From: Octopus vulgaris
Taxonomy: Eukaryota
Length of the DNA: 64,000 nt
Direction of reading: 5' to 3'
Assembly (NCBI GenBank): GCA_951406725.2
Contig: OX597833.1
Location: 29,264,001 to 29,328,000, forward strand
The notes beneath the pieces were generated by a model. It was not told the origin of the DNA. It saw only the letters and a program-made list of their open reading frames with translations, and ran no database searches. The number at the start of each line of letters is the position of its first letter. The first letter of the stretch is position 1. The translations under genes were made by a program, and so were the position numbers. This document shows positions 13,892 to 24,245 of the stretch, one piece after another.

Positions 13892-14624
13892 GTAAGAAAC
13901 TCAGCTTTCTGGAAATAACAGCCAATTCTATCAAGTTCGTCTGGTATCTTAAAAGAGGAAATAACATTTTAGATAAAGTAGACCTATATACTCTATAAAT
14001 AAAACATGTTCATGGTTTAAATGCTATTGATTATAACCCTAGATGAGCAGTGTCAACCTGCAGTTAAACACTACAGATGCTTGTTTTTTCTGAAAACAAA
14101 ATTCAAGAAATATTTGTTCTTAATTTTATTTTTAAACTCCTAGTTTATTACTGATGATGTTTTGTCCTGGGATCAGCCCTGGTTCTGCAGACATCCAATG
14201 AAGAATGTTCGTGCTAACTATGATGTCTTATGAAACTCATTGTTTAGCCTTAGGTCAGCCTTAATCCAGCAACTGTGATCATTTATTTATAATATTATTT
14301 CCGTCTTCACTAACGAATATATTCTTTTTTCTTAAGGTAGAAGATGCCGTTGCTATTTCTAGTAAGTCAGGCAACTGTGTAAAGTGTCTCTCTTTGTTGT
14401 TAAATAGTCTCTGCTTAGTTCAGCTCAAGCTGACCTTTGATCAAAGTCATTACATTCATGATCATCTTATTTTTTTTGCCTTTCTAAACACAATAGTTGC
14501 ATGTGATCCTTTCATTTGTAGATACTTTGTCCAACTGAATAGCCAAATTAATTCACCAAATTAATAATCACCTTAAATAGATTCTATCTTGTGTAAGCAT
14601 ATAAAACAGATGTAACACTGTTGG

Positions 14625-15260
14625 TTTCAAATTTTTGGCATAAGGCTAGCAATTTCAGGGTAGGGAGTGTCTATTACATTGACTCCAATGCTCAAGTGGT
14701 ACTTATTTTATTGACGCTGGAAAGGTAAAAGCAAAGTTAACCTTGATGGAATTGGAGCTCTGAACATAAGACAGACGAAATGTTGCTAAGCATTTTGCCC
14801 AGAGTGTTAACAATTCTGCCAGCTCACAGCCCTTCACCGGCAATAATAGGAATTTCAAATTTTAGCACAAGGCCAGCAATTTTGGGGTAGGAAGTAAGTT
14901 GATTACCTCAACTCCAGTGCTCAACTGGTACTCACCCTGAAAGGATGAAAGGCAAGTTGACCTTGGTGGAATCTGAACTCAGAACACTAATTCAGACTGC
15001 TGCTAAGCATTTCACCTGGCATGCTAACGATTCTGCCAACTTGCAACCTTAACAGATGCAATAATATTCTTTTCTACTCTAGGCCTGGAATTTTGGGGGA
15101 GGGGGCCAGTCAATTAGATTGATCCCAGTACACAACTGGTACTTAATTTATTGACCCCGAAATGATAAAAGGCAAAGTTGACCTCGGCAGAATTTGAACT
15201 CAGAAATACCACTAAGCATTTTGCCTGGTGTGCTAATGTTTCTGCCAGCTCACTGCTTTC
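14625..15260 (-). mobile_element. Cluster of three diverged same-orientation SINE copies
   Basis: Repeated blocks ...caactggtacttattttattgacccc...aaaggcaaagttgacct...tgctaagcattttgcc...tctgccagctc. Related copies at about 20605-20810 (+) and 40055-40200. Confidence 0.7.
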
Positions 15261-15701
15261 AGATGCAATAATATTAGTGTAACAATGATATTACATATGA
15301 CAACAATTCTGTTGTCATTTCTTACTATCTAATCTGGGTGGATTTTTATAATGCCCCTGGCACTAGAAAGGTATTCATCATCATTAATACACACACACAC
15401 ACATATCTTTTATCTTTTACTGGTTTCAGTTGTTAGACTGTGGCCATGCTGGAGCACTACCTTGAAGAAGTTTTAGTTGAATAAATAAACCTCAGTACAT
15501 ATTTTTTTCTTTTAAGCCTGGTACTCTTATCAGTCTCTTATGCCGAATTAAGTTACAGGGACTTATATATATACATATATATATTTAAGACGTGCCTCTT
15601 TCAGTTTCTGTCTATCAAATCCACTTGTAAAGCTTTGGTTGGCCCAAAGCTTATAGCAGAAGACATCCTAGGAACTGAACCCAGGAACCATGTGGTTGGG
15701 A

Positions 15702-15747
<46 letters not shown>

Positions 15748-15912
15748 TATTGATTTATTTGTTTCTCACATGAGACAACAGCTATACCTTTGAAGGTTTT
15801 GGCTGATCAGATCAAAACTAGTATTTATTTTTTAAGTCTAGTACCATATTGTGTCAGTCTTTTTGCCAAACTACACTGCTGTGTTACAGGTATGTAAACA
15901 AACCAACCAAAG

Positions 15913-15957
<45 letters not shown>

Positions 15958-15974
15958 AAATTCCACCAAGGGAC

Positions 15975-17600
15975 TGATCTTGAATTACCTAGGCAGTGTC
16001 CTTGCCCCCTTAGTGGCTTCTCTCTCCTCACACATCCATGACACTAACCATACTCTTTGTCTTTTCAACTCTTTCTCCTTCCTTCCTGGCCCCTCTAAAC
16101 TTCTCTTTGCTCTTGATATCAAGAGTCTATATACAGTGATCCCACTCAATGAAGGACTTTTTGCCCTTAAACACTTCCTAGACTTTTTGACTCAACCCCC
16201 ATCCTGACACATCCACACTTCTTCCTCTGGCCGAACTTGTTCTCTCCCTCAACTGCTTCTCGTTTGCGGGAAGTTTTACCAACAGATTTTGAGAATGGCT
16301 ATGGGAATGAGAATGGGCCCCAACTATGCAAACCTTTTCGTTGGTTACATTGAAGCCCAAATATTTTCAAGATTCATTGGTCCCACTCCTGAACTATATG
16401 GTTGTTATACTGATGAGTGTATCGGTGTGACCTCGCTCTCCCGCGAACAACTAGATTCCTTCTCTTTTGTCCAATCCTTCCATCCTGCCCTCAAATTCTC
16501 TTGTACCATTTCCAACACTTCCATCACCTTTCCTGACATTTCAGTCAACATACACAACTCCACTTTCACTACCTCTATCCACTACAAAAACACTGACTCA
16601 CACTTGTACCTCAACTTCTCCTCCTCTCGCCCTACTCACACCAAGCACTCCATCCCCTACTCCCAGTTCCTCTGTCTGTGCAGGCTCTGCAGTGACAACC
16701 ATAACTTTGAGACTCAGTCTCAACTCATGGCTTACCACTTCATCTTTCATGGGTATCCCCTCACCACTATCCACACCACCCTTGCCAGAGCTTGTTCTGT
16801 GGACTGTGTCTCTGCTCTCTCTCCTTGCACCTGCAGTCTCATATGCCATTTCTGCTCTACCAGTCATTCCTTACAACACCTGTTTGTGTTTGGATTGTCT
16901 TTGCACAGGAGTCATCCAGACTCCTGCCTTTGCCGTGAACAGGAATTAATCTTCTCTCTTCACTCCTTTGCACCACATGGGCTCAACTCCCCTCCTCTCT
17001 TCATGCCTACCCACTTTCTCCCTTCATTAATACCCCCCACATCCTCGCCCCATTATCACACCCCAACATTACCACCCCACGCCACTCCGCACATACTAGC
17101 ACTGACCACTTCCCAGCACCCACACCATCAGCCACATACCCACACATTACAGATGCACATACACATGCACACATTCACATTTCAAAGTCACCACTCCCTA
17201 TCCACATGCACACACTTACACACTCTCACATACACATATGTACGTGCACCTTCGTTTTGGGATCACCAGTACTTTATTATCTCCCCTTCCTAGCTCTCCT
17301 GTCTAATTACCTTAGTCCAACCAGTTGCCATGATTGACCGCTAAGTACACAAGTTTTCTTTATTCTCTGTCTGTTTATTTCCTTGTGTTCCTTTCTGTTG
17401 AAGAGTGTAGGCACGAAACGTAAAAAACTTCCTCACCTTCCCGAGCATCAAACTAATAGACCTGCTTGTTATTTATACACCTGTCTTCATCTTTTGTTTT
17501 TCTTATACATATGCAACTGAAGAATCTTATCAAGTACAAGAAGACAAATATAGTAAGATAAGGAGTGAAAAGGAAGATCTTTTAGCTGTAAATTTCAAAT
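15975..17600 (+). mobile_element. Degenerate Penelope-like element: RT, internally deleted GIY-YIG, 3' pLTR-like region
   Basis: LFALDIKSLYTVIP, MAMGMRMGPNYANLFVGYIE, YTDE (decayed YIDD), HPALKFS, SIPYSQF, EQELIFSLHSFAPHGLN. Hammerhead-like motif at 17398-17422. Confidence 0.85.
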
Positions 17601-18066
17601 ATATATATATATATGTGTATGTGTTTATACACATGCACACATGATGTGCTTTCCGACAGTTTCATTATAAAACCATCAACATTTAATGTCCATTTTCCAT
17701 GCTGACAGTTTGACAGGAACTGGCAAGACCATTGGTTGTACTAGATAACCCATGCCAGTATGGAACATGGATGTTACTAGATGAAGATGAGGATGACAAT
17801 GGTTTCTATACATGTTCCATCTACTAAAATTCACTCGTAAGGCTTTGGTTGGTCCAAGAGTATAGTAGAATACACTGAAAGTACTGTGCAGTGGGAGTAA
17901 ATAAAAAATCCTGTGGTTACAAAGAAACTTTGCGACCTCACAGCCAAAACAGGGCCTTAAATGAACTTTGAACCTCTTGATATCATGAATTTAATCTTTT
18001 TACACACAACTTTTCTCAGACATTTTCATATTTAATGTTGTTCTTTTTATCTCCTTTTTTTTTCAG

Positions 18067-18222
18067 GTAGAAGAAAAGAAGGAACTGCAAGAACAGGTAG
18101 ATTTCCTCACTGCAAAAACTTATGCAACTGAAGAATCTTATCAAGTACAAGAAGACAAATATAATAAGATAAGGAGTGAAAAGGAAGATCTTTTAGCTGA
18201 GAATGAACTCCTTAAGACCCAG
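18067..18222 (+). CDS. NEMO/optineurin-like gene, coding exon B (CC2 region)
   Basis: Polypyrimidine-cag acceptor and gtatgt donor, 156 nt, phase 0-0: VEEKKELQEQVDFLTAKTYATEESYQVQEDKYNKIRSEKEDLLAENELLKTQ. Confidence 0.88.
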
Positions 18223-18852
18223 GTATGTAAAAAAAGAAAATTCATAAACATCATCATTTCAGATTTCACCTTTTTCTTATACCTTCCTATTTTTTTATGG
18301 TATTTCATCTACATCAAAATTTACTCAAAACTGATTGGCATTGTTTTGCATGGATTCCTACCATTCCAGTGAGCCTCAGGAAATACTGTTAGAGTCTAAT
18401 AAAAGCGTATTTATTTTTATTTCAATCATATAACTTAAGGTTTTGTACAGCCAGTGTTCATTGGCTGACTGTACTCACCTGTGAGTGGAAGAGAGTAACA
18501 GAAAATAGCCAAAAAATATTAAGTCACAAGCTGGTCATATGGTACCGGAAATTTTGTGACATCTCCTATTTTACATTTATCAAATGAGTCTTTCTTAAAA
18601 GAGAAGGGTTTATGGGAAGCAGGTAAAGAAATTTAAGAATATTTCTAATTTTTTTTTTTTGCAGCTGAGCAGCTTGGGTGGTAAATATAGGATTTCCCAA
18701 ATGAGCCTGTTAGTAACAGGTAACTTTGGTGTAGTGAAATCTTTGCTATGGTTAAATGAATAAACTTTCATACATAAATCAAGTAAATTTTTTCTAATGG
18801 TTGTACATTACATAAAAGCACACACACATATATATATATATATATACACATA

Positions 18853-19619
18853 CAGGTCGTCATCAACTTACGACCAATTGACTTTATGATGATTGGTGCA
18901 CCAGCTCTTGGCAGCAATAATAAATAGTCCAGTTGAAATCTAATGGCTTTAATTTCTTAGAAATTAACCCGTTTACGGATGATGTCAGCAAACGCGTCCC
19001 CTAGGTTTGGTTATTGATTGCCATCCTGTTGTGGAGGCAACGAGGCAGCCTCCTATTTGGTAACATAGATAGTTACTGTCTCTCTCACTTCCTTTGTGTC
19101 CCTCCTCTCTACCCATTTTTAATTTAACAATGTGTGTATGTATCTATGCATCTACTTTTCTTGCGATGTATGTATCAGTCTACTCTGAAAATTCTGATAA
19201 ACATTTAAAAACACAAAATGAATTCCGTCACCGCTCACTGTCTCTCTCTCTCTTTCTCTCTTACTTCCTCTTTGTCCTCCTCTCTCCCGCTTTGCCACTC
19301 ACTTCTTCCTTTGAAGTAACTGTGACACACACCACAGGTACGTACATACAAAAACAAATAGTTGGCGTATTAATATCATTAATTATTATTATAATTAAGG
19401 TGGCAAGTTGGCAGAACTGTTAGCATGCTGGGTGAAATGCATAGTGGTATTTCGTCTGCTGCTACATTCTAAGTTTAAATTCGTCAAAGTCAACTACTTG
19501 AGACTACTTGAGATAAACTACTTGAGATAAACTTCAGTATAATAGTATAAATACAGAATGGACTGACCTTACAACCAGTTAGTTGGAACCAGTTATGGTC
19601 ATAAGTTGATGACGACCTG
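18853..19619. mobile_element. Tc1/mariner-superfamily (pogo/Tigger-like) MITE
   Basis: 24-bp TIR CAGGTCGTCATCAACTTAYGACCA at both ends, flanked by TA. Confidence 0.85.
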
Positions 19620-19689
19620 TATATATATATATATGGATAGATGGATAGATATAAATATATTGTTTGTATGTATTGTATTGTATTTGCAG

Positions 19690-19947
19690 GTTACGGTATT
19701 CAAAGCAGATTTTGATGCTGAAAGAGAAGCTTGTACAAGCCAAAAACGTGATATAGATAAATTAAAGCAAACTATGAAACATCTTGAGTTTGCAAACAAA
19801 CGGCTAGGAGCTGAGAACCAAGACTTATTGTCTCGGATAGAAAGGCACACTGAACAACAATTATCTGAGATGCGGCAGAGATGCTCAACCAATTTGAAAC
19901 CTCCTTCAAAATGGAAACATAACTCTGAACATGTTTCAACTTCAGGG
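19690..19947 (+). CDS. NEMO/optineurin-like gene, coding exon C (UBAN/leucine zipper)
   Basis: ttgcag/gtatgt boundaries, 258 nt. Spliced to exon B it reads LLKTQVTVFKADFDAEREA, matching the UBAN signature LKAQ..YKADFxAER. Confidence 0.9.
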
Positions 19948-21062
19948 GTATGTCAGTAAATATTTACGATGTGTTTGTGTATGTAAAATAACTGAATACT
20001 TTCTCATAGCTTAAACTCTATACCTCAGTGACCACCAGATAATGGTACTTTGTCGGTTACAACAACAAGCGTTCCAGTTGATTTGATTAACGGGACAGCC
20101 TGCTTGTGAAATTAATGTGCAAGCAGCTGAACATTCCACAGACATGTGTATCCTTAACATAGTTTTCAGGGATGTTCAGCATGATACAGAGTATGATAAA
20201 GGCTGGCCCTTTGAAATACAGCCACTTGTGAGTTAATTGTATCTTTGTGTAGTAATGAAAAGTGAAATCAACATTGTATCTTTGTGTAGTAATGAAAAGT
20301 GAAATCAACATTGTATATTTGCTGTAGTTATTTGTCTTTGATTTAACAATGTGTGTATGTATCTATGCATCTACTTTTCTTGCGATGTATGTATCAGTCT
20401 ACTCTGAAAATTCTGATAAACATTTAAAAACACAAAATGAATTCCGTCACTGCTCACTGTCTCTCTCCCACTTCCTCTTTGTCCTCCTCTCTCCTGCTTT
20501 GCCACTCACTTCTTCCTTTGAAGTAACTGTGAAGCACACCACAGGTATGTACGTACAAAAACAAATAGTTGGCGTATTAATATCATTAATTATTATTATA
20601 ATTAAGGTGGCAAGTTGGCAGAACTGTTAGCATGCTGGGTGAAATGCATAGTGGTATTTCGTCTGCTGCTACATTCTAAGTTTAAATTCGTCAAAGTCAA
20701 CTTTACCTTTCATTCTTTTGGGGTCGATTGAATAAGTACCAGTTATGCACTGGGGTCAATGTAATCGACTTAATCCCTTCCTCCAAGCTGGCCTTGTGGC
20801 AAAAATTTGAAATTGTTGTTGTTGTTACTTATTTTTCGTTGTCATCCTGCTTTTGTACACGGGCTTTTTCAAATGGACAAAACCCTGTGTTTTGTCCCTT
20901 TATGTTTTAATTGATTTTTGTTAGCCCTTGTGGCCAATAAACGAACCTAACGAATTATTATTATTATTATCTGATGTCTTCCAATCTATCACTGCCCAAA
21001 TTCAGCTGCTATAGTTAATATAAATGACTATATTATTATTATTATTATTATTATTTTTACAG

Positions 21063-21170
21063 ATGGAAGCAATGCAACATGAATATGTGGAACAGTACCA
21101 ATGCCCACAGTGTAACCATGTCTTTCCAGATGCAGATTCTTTAAATTTACATTTTGAAGAACACAAATAA
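21063..21170 (+). CDS. NEMO/optineurin-like gene, terminal coding exon D (zinc finger)
   Basis: ttttacag acceptor. MEAMQHEYVEQYQCPQCNHVFPDADSLNLHFEEHK* resembles the NEMO/OPTN finger CPxC....PDxDTLxIH. AATAAA signals follow near 21202 and 21558. Confidence 0.88.
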   Translation: MEAMQHEYVEQYQCPQCNHVFPDADSLNLHFEEHK

Positions 21171-22189
21171 CAAAAATTCGAAACCTGTGATAGCTGTGAT
21201 AAATAAAGATGTATATATTCATTTGTTTGAAGCTGATGATTCACTCCATTGCTTCTTAGAGTTTCTTGCTCTGTGCAATCATTCAAGTGACAAAAAGATT
21301 CATCTTTGCTTTGCCTAGAAGATTAAATACAGTAAAAAAACTTGATAGCAGTGATGGAGTGAATATTCAGTTTTGAATTGATAAACTCTTCTTTGTGTTT
21401 TAAGTACACTTTCTCATATTTTACATCCTCACATATAGTTGATGATTTGGTCTGTTGTTATTCCAAATTTGTTATGTGTGTGACAAAGAGACAATTGCAT
21501 ATATGATATCTGTTTTGCCTGAAAGTAGTATGCACAATCAAATCATTAGCTTCAAATGAATAAATAAACATGATTATGTATATTAAGTGATTTCATCTCT
21601 GGTTTCTCCATTCACACTCATATGTATTCTGTGATACCATGGCACCTTGGGCAAGTATCTTCTGTTATAACCCTGTGAGTAGATTTAGTAGATGGCAACT
21701 GAAAGAATCTTGTTGTGTATGTAATAGTGCACACGTTTGTATCTCTTTGTCATGATATTTCACGATAGTTGTAAATGGGTGTCACTGTCATATAGGCAGT
21801 GTCATTGATTTCTAATATTTTGTAAGACCATGTCTGGCTATAGGGAAATATTACCTTGCTTGGAAATGAATGGGGGTTTATTCCAGCCATAGAATATTTA
21901 CCTCAATATTCCAAGCATGGAAAAGTGGATGTTAAATGATGATGATTATATAAACTGTATGCATGGCTATTTGGTTAAGAATTTGCTTCTCACTTGTGTG
22001 GTTTAGACAAATGTCTTCTATAACCCTGCATTGACCAATGCCATATGAAGGAATTTGGTTGATGAAAGAAGGCAATCATATGTATGAATATGTTGTGTAT
22101 GTGTGTGCATGAAAGTTGATAAAACTATGCTGAGCTATGTCGCAATTTGAGGTTGGGTAACAACTGACGATGTTTCTTGACATTTCTTG

Positions 22190-24245
22190 TTAACAAATCC
22201 TGTTATTGCCTGGAGGACTATGATGAATAGGAGGGGGCTGAGGACTGATCCTTGGTGGACCCCTTCCCCTACCAGGAATTCTTCACTATACTCTTGCCAA
22301 CTCTCACTTTACTGACAGCATCATGTATATGGCTTGTACAGCTCTCGCTAACAACTTGTCTATCCCTAGTTTCCGCATTGACCACCAGATAAGGGATTGA
22401 GGGACCCTGTCAAAGGCTTTCTTCATGTCAACAAAAACCAGGTACAGAGGTTTATCTTTGGTTAGGTATTTCTCTTGCAGCTGTCTTACCAGAAATATAG
22501 CATCAGTGGTGTTTTTGCCTGGCACAAACCCAAACTGCATCTTGTCTAAACTGACCCTCTCCCTAATTAGCTGGGCTATGACTCTTTATGTGACTTTCAT
22601 TACCTGATCCAAAACTTTATACCTCTGTAATTATTCATATCTAATGCATCACCTTTACCTTTGTAGCAGTTGACTTTGGTGCTGCTACACCAGTCATTGG
22701 GTATGACTCCTTCGTGTATCACTTGACTGACTATATGGGTGACTAGACCATAGCCCATACCACCAGATATTTTAAGCATCTCTGCAGTGATTCCTGATGG
22801 GCCGGGGGCTTTCCCTGTCTTTATACCCTTAATTGCTTTATCCTCCAAGGTACTGTCAATTTGGATAGCTAGTCCCGCTGTTGGGTTGACATTTAGCAGA
22901 CTCTTTCTCCCATTCATTCTCTTCATTTAGCAATCTTTCATAGTGGCATCTCCAAGTCTCTCTCTTTGCAGCCTCATTAAATGTGTCATCCAAGCAGACA
23001 CATTTCTCTCCTATGACATCATGATTCTCTCTCACACACTATCTTGCAATATGAAACACTTCAAGACTTTGGTCCTCATGACACAGAACATTGGCAAATT
23101 TTTTCTTATCTGCTTCCTCTCTGGCTAAGTAAACCTGTCTCCTAGCTTCCCTTCTGACAATCTGATACATTCCCTTGCTACCACCATTCTTCCAGTCCTT
23201 CCATGCCTGTTTCTTTTCCTTAATGGCCCTGTCAGCTACAATGTTCCACCACCATGTTACCTTGGGTCAAGAGGGGACTTTGCACCATCCACAGATCTGG
23301 TCAGTAGCTCTCAACAGGTCCCGGGGGCTTTCCCTGTCTTTATACCCTTAATTGCTTTATCTTTCTCTATTTCATCAAAAGCTTTGAGTAATATGTCCCT
23401 AATTCTCTGTCCATTTGCTTGATCCTTAAGCTTCCACACCCTTCTCCATGCTGGTCATCTTCTGGTCATCCATTTAGCCCTGATCCTGAAGTTGATAACT
23501 ACTAATCTATGTTGTGGGGTGCATTCTTTACCTGGGAAGGTTTTGGTATTTTTAAGTAGCCGTCTTTCCCATTTCCTGTCAAGGATGTAGTCAATTTGAC
23601 TAGTGTGTCCACCTGATCGGTAAGTGAATAGGTGACTGGCAGGTTTCCTGAAGTCAGTATTACAAACCATAAGATCAACTCCAGCAGCCTGGTTCCCTCC
23701 TCATTGTGGGAACTAAAACCATAGCCTCCATGTATGCCATGGAAGCCCCTTGCCTGTTGTCCAATATGCCCATTGAAGTCGCCAACCACAAAGAGAAGGT
23801 CCCTGTCATTTGTCGATGAGGTAGTCTGCAAGAAGGTGTCATAAAATTGGTCTTTCAGTTCATTAAGTAGCCCTGGGTGAGGGGCATAAGCCAAGATAAT
23901 GGTTGTTAACCTATGTTGCAGTACTGACCTAATCTTCAGTATTCTATGACAGACTCTGACTACCTCGATTACCTTATCAACCCATTTCTCTGCAAGAAGT
24001 ATGCCCACGCTCCCGACCTATGTTCTTATACCTATGTTCTTTGCCTGTGAGGAACCTAGCAGAACTTCCTCTCCACCTTATTTCTTGGATGCAGCACAAA
24101 TCTACACATCTCCGTTCAAGCATCTTAACAATCTCACCAGACCTACCTTTCAGTGTGCCAACATTAAGTGTACCAATTCTGAGAGTGTGGAAGGTGTGGG
24201 CCCGCGAGATCCTGGGATGGGGGACAGTGGTGTCATGTACCTGAA
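22190..24245 (-). mobile_element. Degenerate RTE-clade LINE (APE + N-terminal RT)
   Basis: Fragments IGTLNVGTLKGRSGE, VVGDFNGHIG, SQIDYIL, KAPGPSGITAEMLK, QFGFVPGK...DMKKAFDRVP. Confidence 0.9.

Noticed and set aside
17510-17588. Mutually exclusive alternative exon
   Set aside because: It is only an internal piece of exon B with no AG acceptor at its boundary. Kept as a templated insertion instead.
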